Of a stretch of DNA of 64,000 nt, positions 25,749 through 35,329 are shown in pieces (the stretch's first letter is position 1; the number at the start of each line of letters is the position of its first letter). The translations under genes and the position numbers were made by a program. The stretch comes from an uncultured Candidatus Saccharibacteria bacterium (GTDB lineage Bacteria; Patescibacteriota; Saccharimonadia; CAILAD01; GCA-016700035). The notes under the pieces are model-generated. The model was not told the DNA's origin. It was given only the letters and a program-made list of their open reading frames with translations, and did not search any database. The stretch covers positions 1,465 through 65,464 of the forward strand of contig CAYVVS010000002.1 of assembly GCA_964454845.1 (NCBI GenBank), written 5' to 3'.

Positions 25749-28748
25749 CTACGCCGGGGGTACGGGTATATTAAAGTTAGTTAGAATTTGCTCAGTGGGC
25801 ATGCCATTCCGCACCTGCATCGCGATAGCTGGCAATACTTTAGCTATCTCCTCATTGCCTGGATTCACTGACGCTACACCAATAATGTCATTTAGCTGAC
25901 GTAATTGATTAACGCCCATCCCCTGTGAAGCCCGATTATACGCCTCATCCAATAGCTTCTGCTTAACTTGTTCTGCAGCCACCGCTCCTGGATTAGCCTC
26001 AGCAAACCGCCCAAGCTCCTGCCAGTTTTTAGGAGCATCAGAACTGGTACGCATGATGCCAGTAAACCTATCCCTCAGTGGATCGTATGGCTTATCCACA
26101 CCTGGATCTTTCGTCGGACCGTTAAAGAAGTGCTTCAGAACAAATGGTGCCGCTGCAGCTGCCACGCCAACCACCGCTGCCCCTCGCTTAGCGCGCTTGT
26201 TCGATTTTGCATCACTATTTACACGGTCCAGTTGATTCTTAAGGAGTAAATCTGCCACCGTAGCTGAAGATTCTGGGTTACCAGCTAGGGCCCCTCGCAG
26301 CACTCGATCACTATACAAGGTGCCGGCATTGGCCTCGAGAAACGCTGCAATCTCCTGCTCGGTCATATTTTCAGCGCCAAGCCCCTCTGCGTTGCCTGAA
26401 ATGTATTCCATATCACGCTCCGCCTTCAGTTGCGTACTAGCCGACTGGGCATTCCAAGTCTCAGTGCGACCACGTAGATCGGCTTTATTCGCTCGACGAT
26501 TATGGAGCATATTCACGCCAGCTTCAGTCGCCATAAATCCACCAGTACCACGCATCACCGCACCAGCACCCGCTACCATTGCGCTACCTACACCGGCGCC
26601 AACGCCGGTCATCGCAATTGCAGCACCCGTTATACCAAGAGCCGCACCAACTGCCAACCTGGTTCGACGACCATTCTTAGAGCGCCAGAAAGTACGGAAC
26701 TTTTCAGATTTTGTACCAACCTTGAGTGCGCACTGTGCAGCTTCAACCTTTGAGCGGGTTTGCGCCATCTCAACAATCATCTCAACCTCAACGCGACGCG
26801 TAACCTCTTCTACGCCTTGACGCAAGCTCTCTAGCTGCTCATCGCACTTCTGGATGGCTTCGCGCGCCTCTAGGAGTCGCGCCTTACGTCGATCAATACG
26901 CGATTGGCGCAATGCAGCCGGCAGTTCAGTATCAGCCTCCAATCGAGCGATTGCCTGGTCTTGAGCTGTCATTTTCTGCTGCATGTCTGTCTTATAGGTG
27001 TTAATGTCATTTTCTACGCCACGATAATCTGCCAGTACAGCGGCCCAATTATCGGTATATTGTGTGTAAGCCAACTCTAGGCTCGCATTTGCTTGCTCTA
27101 GAGCTGCTTGATCACGCTTTGTTCGGCCAAAGAATTTTTCCCGCTGTTCTTTTGCCTGGGCTACCGCCTGAATCTGGGCATCAACGTTTAAGCGTGCGCC
27201 CTCGGCCAAGGCAAGAATTTCGCTAGGCTGCGGCACTCTCGGGACACCATCTACATAACCTTCGCTTTCATACGGCTCGCCATCCTCTGGGGAATTCCTG
27301 CCGCCTTCGCCATCATTCTGAAGTTTTTCAATGCGCGAAATACTATCTTCATTAATTGCAAACTCAGTGCCGCTCTCTAAGTTCAGAAGTCGCAACCGAG
27401 CTGGGTCTTCACCAACTTTTTGAATAACCATATGCGGAGCTTTGTCGCCATCCGCTTCAGTATAAGTGACCATTTCACCATTCTTGAATGTGACACCACC
27501 AATTTCAAACTGGTAATCGTTCTCGATTGATTCTTGTCGCTCAACGCGCGTCATCGGCTGAAGCTGGGCTTCCCCAGATTGCGCAGGATGTGGGGAAGGC
27601 GCCTGGTCAAAATTTGTTTGCGTAGTAGATACTGGCTCTGCCTGGTCAGCACGAGGCTGACTGCCGCTCGCTTCAGTAGCAAGCGGGCTCGCGGGAGCAC
27701 CATAAAACGCTTCTGTATCATTCTCGGCAAGTATTTGCTTTAAATCATCGCCAAGTTCATGGCCAAATTTATCATTTATTGCTTGATCGCTGATTTGTTC
27801 TGGCTGTGCTGGCATTGCGCCGCTCCTGTTTTGTTCGTCCTGACTATCATAACCGGTTTGATTATCTGCTGGCAAGTCAGCGCGTTGAGTTTCTCGAGCC
27901 CAGCCATCTGGTGGCAGGCTGCGCTCATACTCCTCATCTTTATCGTAATCATTACTGTCAAAATATCGGGCCTCTCGGATACGCCTGGAATCCTCGGCCT
28001 CCTGGGCTTGTCTTCTTTGACGCGCATTACGCTGGGGTTGCCGCTTACCAGCACCCTGCTTTTCTTGCTTATCACTCGATGCATCCTTCAGGCTTCCGTC
28101 TGAGTTATAGCGATCGTAAAATTCTGACCAAATTGCCTTCGTAACTGGCCGCATACCGGCTTTCACTTCACGCGCAAGTTCATCCAGCAAAATATCAGCA
28201 GGCTTCGCACCTCCACCCAATGAATCGCCATGTCGGCGGTTCACGCGCGTCTGCACTCCATCCCAGCCTTTAATTTTACGCAATTCTCGCATTATCTCGT
28301 TCAAGGGACGGCCAGTATATCTGTAGGGATCATTCGTACGTGAGTGCTCCGTGCGGTCGGCTTGCGGTGTATCATCAATGAGTACAGGATTATCAAGTTT
28401 GGTCGTGAAATTCTCCATAGCTTGCTGAATTTCGACACGCTCACTCTGCAGGGATGCGAGGTGGCTCGAGACACGTTCCGATTCCTCGGAATCACCAGAT
28501 TCACCCAGCGAGGCCAGCTTACTCTCAGCTTGAGCAATTGCTCGCTCTACTTGTGGTAACTGTGCTGCCACGGCCCCAAATGTCGGCGCTTTACGCGTAT
28601 CCGCAGGGGTAAGCTCTACTTCAGCGTCATCGGTATGCGCCTGTGATAACTCACTAGCTAATTCAGCGCCTCGAGACCCTGAATCTCCAAACTGATTTGG
28701 ATCTAGCTCGTCAAAGCCACGCATAACATCATGTGATTTATCACCCAT
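25749..28748 (-). CDS. Giant (999 aa) protein: acidic disordered N-terminal half, long coiled coil, Gly/Ala-rich TM segments; function unknown
   Basis: Single long ORF. TM-like LAVGAALGITGAAIAMTGVGAGVGSAMVAGAGAV and AAVVGVAAAAAPFVL. Sampled composition is intermediate (34/60 and 33/60 G+C at 26521 and 27961). Confidence 0.7.
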   Translation of the reverse strand: MGDKSHDVMRGFDELDPNQFGDSGSRGAELASELSQAHTDDAEVELTPADTRKAPTFGAVAAQLPQVERAIAQAESKLASLGESGDSEESERVSSHLASLQSERVEIQQAMENFTTKLDNPVLIDDTPQADRTEHSRTNDPYRYTGRPLNEIMRELRKIKGWDGVQTRVNRRHGDSLGGGAKPADILLDELAREVKAGMRPVTKAIWSEFYDRYNSDGSLKDASSDKQEKQGAGKRQPQRNARQRRQAQEAEDSRRIREARYFDSNDYDKDEEYERSLPPDGWARETQRADLPADNQTGYDSQDEQNRSGAMPAQPEQISDQAINDKFGHELGDDLKQILAENDTEAFYGAPASPLATEASGSQPRADQAEPVSTTQTNFDQAPSPHPAQSGEAQLQPMTRVERQESIENDYQFEIGGVTFKNGEMVTYTEADGDKAPHMVIQKVGEDPARLRLLNLESGTEFAINEDSISRIEKLQNDGEGGRNSPEDGEPYESEGYVDGVPRVPQPSEILALAEGARLNVDAQIQAVAQAKEQREKFFGRTKRDQAALEQANASLELAYTQYTDNWAAVLADYRGVENDINTYKTDMQQKMTAQDQAIARLEADTELPAALRQSRIDRRKARLLEAREAIQKCDEQLESLRQGVEEVTRRVEVEMIVEMAQTRSKVEAAQCALKVGTKSEKFRTFWRSKNGRRTRLAVGAALGITGAAIAMTGVGAGVGSAMVAGAGAVMRGTGGFMATEAGVNMLHNRRANKADLRGRTETWNAQSASTQLKAERDMEYISGNAEGLGAENMTEQEIAAFLEANAGTLYSDRVLRGALAGNPESSATVADLLLKNQLDRVNSDAKSNKRAKRGAAVVGVAAAAAPFVLKHFFNGPTKDPGVDKPYDPLRDRFTGIMRTSSDAPKNWQELGRFAEANPGAVAAEQVKQKLLDEAYNRASQGMGVNQLRQLNDIIGVASVNPGNEEIAKVLPAIAMQVRNGMPTEQILTNFNIPVPPA

Positions 28749-28763
28749 TGCTCTTATGATAAC

Positions 28764-28792
28764 AAAAAAGCCCCTGGGTGAGGGGCTTTTTT
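28764..28792 (-). terminator. Intrinsic terminator after secA
   Basis: aaaaaagcccct-gggtg-aggggctttttt hairpin with A and T runs on both sides, 5 nt after the secA stop. Confidence 0.8.
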
Positions 28793-28796
28793 GAGA

Positions 28797-31409
28797 TTAC
28801 CGACGCTTCTTCTTCTTTTTTACCTTCTTCTTTGGAGTAGCAGTAGTCCTGCGAATAGGGCCAGACTCCCGACCAGATCGTTCCGCATCCTTGAGTGCTT
28901 TTTGCCTAACCGGCTGCGCGGACTCGGTTGGACCGGATGTAACTGCCTTTTTAGCCGCCTGGGTAATTTCAGTTTCAATCGCTTCTTCTTCGGGCTTATT
29001 GGTGATATCTACCCGAACCTTAAACAGCGTGTGAACAATTTCAGAATCAATCCGACGAGTCAGTATGCCAAACATACGATATGCCTCAGCCTTGTATTCC
29101 ACAAGTGGATCACGCTGACCGTAGCCACGGAGACCAATACCATCACGCAAGTGATCCATTGCCTCTAGATGTTCAAGCCAAGCCGTATCAATCGTCTTGA
29201 GACTTACCAGACGCTCAATCACCATCACACCCTCGTCACCAAACTCCATCTCGCGAGAACGATACATATCTTTAGTGATCTTCATAAATTCATCCACTAA
29301 GGCCTCTTTATCTCGACGCTCAACAGACTTTTCCCAGTCTTTTGGCAGGGGGACAATATCTCGAACGGCCTCGGCCAGCTTCTCTATATCTAGAATTTCC
29401 GTCTGTGTATCCGTATGAGCTTCGATAAGTGCATGGAACTCCGATTCAAAAATTGGCAGTAAGTCTTCCTTGAGAGAGTCTTGCTTTAAGACCCGGCGAC
29501 GGCGAGCATAGATAATTTCGCGGTGCTGGTTCATCACATCATCGTAATCAACCAAGTGCTTACGTGTATCAAAGTTGTGTCCTTCCACCTTTTTCTGGGC
29601 GGATTCAAGCGAGCGGGACACCATACGATTTTCAATTGGCGTATCTTCTGGAAGTCCCAGCGCATCCATCATTGACGAAAGCTTATCACTTCCAAAAATG
29701 CGCATAAGATCATCTTCTAGCGATACATAAAATTGACTCGAGCCAGCATCACCCTGACGACCAGCACGACCACGCAACTGGTTATCGATTCGTCGCGATT
29801 CATGCCGCTCGGTACCAATTACATGTAAGCCGCCCAGCTCATTTACACCTTCACCGAGTACAATGTCAGTACCACGGCCAGCAATGTTAGTGGCAAGCGT
29901 TACAGCGCCACGCTGACCAGCGGCCGACACAATTTCTGCTTCGGCCTCATTATTTTTCGCATTCAATACTCGGTGCGGTACACCAGCTTTTGTCAGCATG
30001 CGGCTCAACAATTCGTTCTTTTCAATCGAAACCGTACCCAAAAGAACCGGTTGACCCTGCTCATGGCGCTCCTTCACCTCATCGGCTACGGCACTAAACT
30101 TAGCCGGCAGCGTCTTGTAAATTCTATCGGGTAAGTCCTGACGCACCATTGGCCTATGAGTAGGAATAGTTGTCACTTCTAGCTTATAGATTTTGCCAAA
30201 TTCTTCGGCTTCAGTCGCCGCCGTACCCGTCATACCAGCTAGCTTGCCATACAGACGGAAAAGATTCTGGAAAGAAATTGTTGCCAGCGTTTGACTTTCC
30301 TGCTGGATAGTTACCCCCTCCTTTGCCTCGATGGCCTGATGCAGCCCTTCGCTATAACGACGTCCGGGGAGCAAACGACCGGTGAACTCATCAACAATGA
30401 CAATTTCACCATCTGGCGTAACAACATAGTCCTTATCTTTTTGGAAGATAGCCTCAGCCTTGAGGGCGGACTCTATATGATGCACATCTTCAATGCGACC
30501 AGCTTCGTATACATTATCAACACCCAAAGCCTTTTCGATTTTAGCAATACCCTCATCAGTAAGACTTACCGCACGTTGCTTTTCGTCTAGTGTATAGTGT
30601 TCATCACGAATCAACGTTTTGGCGATTTTAGCAAACATGTAGTAGCGATCGGTCGATTTTGCATTGGCTTGCGAGATTATAAGCGGTGTTCTAGCCTCAT
30701 CGATTAAAATTGAGTCAACTTCGTCCACAATGGCAAAGTGCAATCCACGTTGCGCCATCTGATCGAGATGCTGCACCATATTATCGCGCAAATAGTCGAA
30801 GCCTAGCTCATTATTTGTAGCGTAGGTAATATCAGCAGCGTAAGCATCCTTACGGCTTACCGGCCTAAGATGGCGTAGACGCTCATCAGAGTGTGATTCA
30901 TCTGCGTACTCTGGGTCATACACAAAACTTGAATCATGCATAATCACTGCTGTAGTAAGACCAAGAAAATGATAGATTTGCCCCATCCAACCAGCACCAA
31001 TACGGGCCAAGTAATCATTTACCGTAACGAGATGTGCGCCTTCACCCTCGAGGGCATTTAAATAGAGTGGCAACGTGGCGACCAATGTTTTTCCTTCACC
31101 GGTTTTCATTTCAGCAATCTTACCTTCGTGCAGTACGATGCCACCAATGAGCTGGACATCAAAGTGACGTTGCCCAATAACACGCTTGCTGGCCTCACGC
31201 GCCACGGCAAAGGCTCGCTCTAAAATATCATCGAGCTTCTTGCCATCTTTCAGTTGCTTACGGAATGCATCGGTTTGGGCGCGAAGTTCTTTATCGGAGA
31301 GCTTCTGAATTTCCGCTTCTAATGAATTTATACGCTCCACACGAGTACGCGCCTTTTTAATTTCGCGCGCATTAGGATCACCAAAGAGTGTTTTTAAATT
31401 AATCGCCAT
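28797..31409 (-). CDS. secA: Preprotein translocase ATPase SecA
   Basis: [20 protein letters not shown]-terminus, MKTGEGKT Walker [20 protein letters not shown]. Lys-rich C-terminal tail without the Cys zinc motif. Confidence 0.97.
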   Translation of the reverse strand: MAINLKTLFGDPNAREIKKARTRVERINSLEAEIQKLSDKELRAQTDAFRKQLKDGKKLDDILERAFAVAREASKRVIGQRHFDVQLIGGIVLHEGKIAEMKTGEGKTLVATLPLYLNALEGEGAHLVTVNDYLARIGAGWMGQIYHFLGLTTAVIMHDSSFVYDPEYADESHSDERLRHLRPVSRKDAYAADITYATNNELGFDYLRDNMVQHLDQMAQRGLHFAIVDEVDSILIDEARTPLIISQANAKSTDRYYMFAKIAKTLIRDEHYTLDEKQRAVSLTDEGIAKIEKALGVDNVYEAGRIEDVHHIESALKAEAIFQKDKDYVVTPDGEIVIVDEFTGRLLPGRRYSEGLHQAIEAKEGVTIQQESQTLATISFQNLFRLYGKLAGMTGTAATEAEEFGKIYKLEVTTIPTHRPMVRQDLPDRIYKTLPAKFSAVADEVKERHEQGQPVLLGTVSIEKNELLSRMLTKAGVPHRVLNAKNNEAEAEIVSAAGQRGAVTLATNIAGRGTDIVLGEGVNELGGLHVIGTERHESRRIDNQLRGRAGRQGDAGSSQFYVSLEDDLMRIFGSDKLSSMMDALGLPEDTPIENRMVSRSLESAQKKVEGHNFDTRKHLVDYDDVMNQHREIIYARRRRVLKQDSLKEDLLPIFESEFHALIEAHTDTQTEILDIEKLAEAVRDIVPLPKDWEKSVERRDKEALVDEFMKITKDMYRSREMEFGDEGVMVIERLVSLKTIDTAWLEHLEAMDHLRDGIGLRGYGQRDPLVEYKAEAYRMFGILTRRIDSEIVHTLFKVRVDITNKPEEEAIETEITQAAKKAVTSGPTESAQPVRQKALKDAERSGRESGPIRRTTATPKKKVKKKKKRR

Positions 31410-31468
31410 AACTAACCTTCCTATTGTACCACTTGCAACCTGTGAACCCCCTTAAAAACATATGAAGA

Positions 31469-31822
31469 TTAGGCCGTTTCGACCGAAGTATTCCGCTTAA
31501 GAGTAAAACGCTTAGGAGTATGCTTTTCTTTATACTTACGAATCTGATCCTTCAGCTTAGCTTCCAATATATCAACGGCGCTGTGTGGATTCATGGTGGC
31601 GGTTTCAGCGTGCAAGTCTGGTCCCTGCACCTCAATATGTGCCGAAGCTACATAGCGTTTATCCGGAGACGCCGCCTCATCTCGATGTAACTCTATACGC
31701 ACACCAACTGGACGGTGCGCACGCGGGAAATACCGATCAAGCTTGGCTATTTTGCGCTCTATATAGTTTGTCAGCTCGCGATCAACCTCTAACTTACGCG
31801 CCGAGACAGTATATTTCATCAT
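31469..31822 (-). CDS. hpf: Ribosome hibernation promoting factor / RaiA family
   Basis: MKYTVSARKLEVDRELTNYIERKIAKLDRYF... is a typical short HPF. Confidence 0.85.
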   Translation of the reverse strand: MMKYTVSARKLEVDRELTNYIERKIAKLDRYFPRAHRPVGVRIELHRDEAASPDKRYVASAHIEVQGPDLHAETATMNPHSAVDILEAKLKDQIRKYKEKHTPKRFTLKRNTSVETA

Positions 31823-33045
31823 AGATATTCCTCCCCATAATATTTCGCTAATGCCGCCGGCAAACGTACTTGCCCATCTTCAGTTTGGTGATTCTCTAAA
31901 ATGGCGATAAGCGTCCGGCTCGATGTTACGGCCGTGCCGTTGAGTGTGTGCGGATGTGCGAGAGTACCGTCAGACGTCCGATAACGGATATTCAGTCGAC
32001 GCGCTTGATAAGCGGTGCAGTCACTACAGCTCGTAAGCTCTCGATAACTGCCATCAACCGGACTCCAGTACTCTACATCGTATTTCTTGTAGGCTGGTGC
32101 CGAAAGATCGCCATCAGCAATACGTATGACGTGATAGGGTATCTCTAGCTGTTCGCAAATCGACTCTTCAATAGCCAGTATTTCTTCGAGTAACGCCTCA
32201 CTTTTATCTGGCTGCGCATATATATACATCTCCAGCTTCTCAAACTGGTGCACCCGGTACAAACCCTTTGAGAACTTACCGTAGGCACCAGCCTCAAGCC
32301 GGTAGCATGGCGAAGATGCCGCGAGCAATATTGGCTTTTCAACATCGATAACTTCATCCATCGCAAAACCAGTCAAAGGCAATTCGGCAGTGGCTATCAT
32401 ATTAAGATCTTCTCCCTCGGCCTTATAAATCTGCCTCTCTTCACCCCGAGGCAAAAACCCTGTGCCTGCAGCAACCCGAGAGTTTACCATGTTTGGCACG
32501 TACAAAAACTCAAAGCCGCGTCGACGTAACTCTGCTTTCGCAAGTGCCTGCACGGCGTCCCACAAACGTACACCGCGATCACGCAGGTAGTAAAAGCGGC
32601 TACCGGCCACTTTAGCACCGGCCTCAAAATCTATAAAATTGAGCGTCTCATTAAGCCCCAAATGATCTTTTGGCTCAAAACCAAATTCTGGCTTAGTGCC
32701 GCCAACTCGCACTTCCTCACTGGCATCCTCTCCACCTTCGGGCGTACCCTCCGCAATCAGATTAGGAATATCCTCAAGCAATCGCTGCCACTCTGCCTCA
32801 ACATATTTAAGCTCTTCTTCATGCCGGGCCAACTCTTGCTTGTCTTTTTGCAGTTGCGCTAGTTGCTCCTCACTGGGTTTGCCAGCAAGCTTCAACTTGG
32901 AGCGAGCAACTTCAACCAATGGAATAAGCTCTGAGCGGCGCATATCGAGCTTCAACCATCGATCAAGATCCACCGACATATTGCGGCGAACAATTGAAGC
33001 ACGCACTTCATCGGTATTCTCTCGAATATATGCTGGGGTTAACAT
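31819..33045 (-). CDS. serS: Seryl-tRNA synthetase
   Basis: N-terminal coiled-coil arm, then a class II core (FRVHQFEKLE, TLNGTAVTSSRTLIAILEN). Confidence 0.95.
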   Translation of the reverse strand: MLTPAYIRENTDEVRASIVRRNMSVDLDRWLKLDMRRSELIPLVEVARSKLKLAGKPSEEQLAQLQKDKQELARHEEELKYVEAEWQRLLEDIPNLIAEGTPEGGEDASEEVRVGGTKPEFGFEPKDHLGLNETLNFIDFEAGAKVAGSRFYYLRDRGVRLWDAVQALAKAELRRRGFEFLYVPNMVNSRVAAGTGFLPRGEERQIYKAEGEDLNMIATAELPLTGFAMDEVIDVEKPILLAASSPCYRLEAGAYGKFSKGLYRVHQFEKLEMYIYAQPDKSEALLEEILAIEESICEQLEIPYHVIRIADGDLSAPAYKKYDVEYWSPVDGSYRELTSCSDCTAYQARRLNIRYRTSDGTLAHPHTLNGTAVTSSRTLIAILENHQTEDGQVRLPAALAKYYGEEYL

Positions 33046-33063
33046 ACCTTTATTATATCATCC

Positions 33064-34620
33064 TCACAGAACAGCCTTGAGGCGCTCAAGCACAAAGTCA
33101 CGTTCTAAACTTGCCAAAAATGGGCCCAGCTTTGGACCTGCCGTCTTACCAATCAGCAACTCATAAAGCACCTTAAACGCGTCCTTTGGCTGCAGCCCCA
33201 CAGTTTGAGCCGTAGAAAAAATAACCGCCTGCAAACTTTCGCCGTCCCAAGCAACCTCTTGCAAATGCTGCTGCAGTGAATCTAGAAATGATTGCTGAAG
33301 AGTTTCAAATTGGAGACTAGGAACTTCATCTAAAACAGAAAATTTTAAGGCTTCTGGAGCAAACCGTTCTAGCCAGGCCGCTACATACGTAAGCTCACGC
33401 TGGATCACGCTGGCATCTTCTCGCACAGCTTGAGCATGCCCAGTTTTCGTGAGTAATTCCAAAACTCGCTCACTATCACCGCGCGCAGTTTGATAAACCG
33501 TTGCCAAATGGGTAAACGGTACGGTCGACACCGTCGCGTGTTCCTGATCAAGCACAGACACCGCCCAAGCGTCCTTAAATGGAGTGGTTTCGCCGCTGCG
33601 TACAGCCGCTTCTGTAGCTGCGTATTCATCAATTAGCTGCCCCATGCCAATGCCGGGATCAAAAGCTAAAACTTTCTGTGGCAAACTCTTAAATACAAAA
33701 TAACGCAATATATCGGGCGGTATTACCTCTAAGGCATCAGCAATTGTAACTAAGTTTCCAAGTGACGAACTCATTTTTTGGTTATCGCCCTTGAGGTTGA
33801 TCGGATTAAATGGTACTGCGATTGGTGGCTCGGCATCAAAAATTTCCCGCACAATTGCAGCGCCCGTTTCGTAGCTTCCTCCTTTAGTAGCGTGTTCTTT
33901 ACCGAATCCTTCAACATCAACACCCAAGATTGCCCAACGAGCTGGCCAATCTACGCGCCAATCTAGCTTTACTTCACCCGCACGCACATCTGCCTGATGT
34001 ACAACTCCATCGGCAGCACGATATTCAACCGTGTAGGTATTCGCATCAAATCCCAAATACTCAGCCGTTCTTAGGCTTTTGGTGGTTGCGTCCAAGATCT
34101 GAACAGGCTGCCAGTCAGCCGGCACATCACGCTGTGAGACTTTTGCTAAGATGCGGGCAATTTCGTCGCGTCGCGTTAAAGCAGTAATGATCGCATCGGC
34201 AAAAACCCCCCGTTGATATTCCTGATGCGACCGCCAGATCTCCATGGGAATTTCCAGCTTTTTTGCAGCTGCTGCGTACTCGGAAAAATAATAATCAGCA
34301 TAACTACGTCCGCTTTCATCCGGGGCTGGGACTAGATACACTGGCTTACCAACTTCGGCCTCAAATTTTTCCGGTAAATATGGATAGCGCTTACGCAGTA
34401 CATCTGAGTCATCAACGTTATGAATGTGAAGCGCCTCTCGACCACGCACTTCTAGCCCGCGACGTACAGCTTCTGCGGTCAAAATCTCGCGAGCATGCCC
34501 AACATGATACGGGCCTGACGGCGTAATACCCGAAGCCACCAAAATCCTTCCACCCTGCTTGCGGGTTTCAATTTCATCTAACAGCGCGTTGAGCCAATAT
34601 TTTGATGCATGTTCAGTCAT
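33064..34620 (-). CDS. lysK: Lysyl-tRNA synthetase, class I type
   Basis: HIGH motif as PSGPYHVGHAREI and KMSKS motif as NQKMSSSLGN. Length and layout match class I LysRS, not the class II LysS. Confidence 0.85.
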   Translation of the reverse strand: MTEHASKYWLNALLDEIETRKQGGRILVASGITPSGPYHVGHAREILTAEAVRRGLEVRGREALHIHNVDDSDVLRKRYPYLPEKFEAEVGKPVYLVPAPDESGRSYADYYFSEYAAAAKKLEIPMEIWRSHQEYQRGVFADAIITALTRRDEIARILAKVSQRDVPADWQPVQILDATTKSLRTAEYLGFDANTYTVEYRAADGVVHQADVRAGEVKLDWRVDWPARWAILGVDVEGFGKEHATKGGSYETGAAIVREIFDAEPPIAVPFNPINLKGDNQKMSSSLGNLVTIADALEVIPPDILRYFVFKSLPQKVLAFDPGIGMGQLIDEYAATEAAVRSGETTPFKDAWAVSVLDQEHATVSTVPFTHLATVYQTARGDSERVLELLTKTGHAQAVREDASVIQRELTYVAAWLERFAPEALKFSVLDEVPSLQFETLQQSFLDSLQQHLQEVAWDGESLQAVIFSTAQTVGLQPKDAFKVLYELLIGKTAGPKLGPFLASLERDFVLERLKAVL

Positions 34621-34660
34621 ATACTTTACCTATTTTACCAGTTTTTTATGCCTTCATAAG

Positions 34661-34684
34661 AAAAACCACCTGACTACGAGGTGG
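34661..34684 (-). terminator. Probable intrinsic terminator after greA
   Basis: Minus strand ccacct-cgtagtc-aggtgg followed by ttttt. Confidence 0.5.
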
Positions 34685-34712
34685 CTTTCAAATGATGCTT
34701 CGGCTGCTTGTG

Positions 34713-35174
34713 TTAGCTAATCTTATTGATCTTGTACACTATCACGCCGGCCGGAACTTCAATTTCCACCTCGTCGCCGGGTTTTTTGCCAATCAGTGCC
34801 TTGCCGATTGGGCTCTCATTGGAGATCTTGCCAGTTGCTGGATCAGCTTCAGTCGAGCCAACAATCTCGAACTCTTGTGTGCCACCTTCGAGTTCAACAT
34901 GAACAGTCGAGCCAACATCTACTTTATCTGCACTGCCTTTTTCAATAGCTACTACATTCTTGAGGATATTTTCAATCTCGGCAATACGCCCCTCAATAAA
35001 TGCCTGGCGCTCTTTGGCGTCATCCCAGCTAGCATTTTCAGAAAGGTCGCCAAATTCCTTAGCTTCTTTTAAAGCTGCAGCAATTTTTTTGCGCTGTACA
35101 TTCACCAAATCATCGAGCTCTGCGCGTAATTTCTCGATTCCTTCACTGGTAACATAGATTGCTTTCTTATTCAT
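34713..35174 (-). CDS. greA: Transcription elongation factor GreA
   Basis: Trimmed to ATG 35174 (MNKKAIYVTSEGIEKLRAEL...) with AAGGAG SD. EFGDLSENASWDDAK acidic-tip motif. Confidence 0.9.
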   Translation of the reverse strand: MNKKAIYVTSEGIEKLRAELDDLVNVQRKKIAAALKEAKEFGDLSENASWDDAKERQAFIEGRIAEIENILKNVVAIEKGSADKVDVGSTVHVELEGGTQEFEIVGSTEADPATGKISNESPIGKALIGKKPGDEVEIEVPAGVIVYKINKIS

Positions 35175-35216
35175 AATAACTCCTTGCACCCTCCTAGTAG
35201 TGGAAACATTTCTAAG

Positions 35217-35242
35217 AAAAAAAGGCCTCAATCCTGAGCCTT
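35217..35242 (-). terminator. Hairpin plus U-run between the PBP2 stop and the greA start (operon terminator or greA leader attenuator)
   Basis: Minus strand aaggctca-ggat-tgaggcctt followed by tttttc. It lies downstream of a TTGACG-18-AATAAT promoter-like site (35313-35284). Confidence 0.5.
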
Positions 35243-35329
35243 GCCAGACGTGCTCCACCAGGTTTTAATCCTTGTCGGAACGTATTATTGCACGGCATAT
35301 CTTAGCTCGTCAAGCGATTTTTTTAGAAA

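Noticed and set aside
25200-28748. Possible shared N-terminal motif between the 999-aa protein (MRGFDELDPNQFG) and island gene C (MSLDEFSQLDPDEVA)
   Set aside because: Only about five to seven residues align (DE..LDP[ND][QE]) in acidic low-complexity context. That is too short to distinguish from chance without a profile search.
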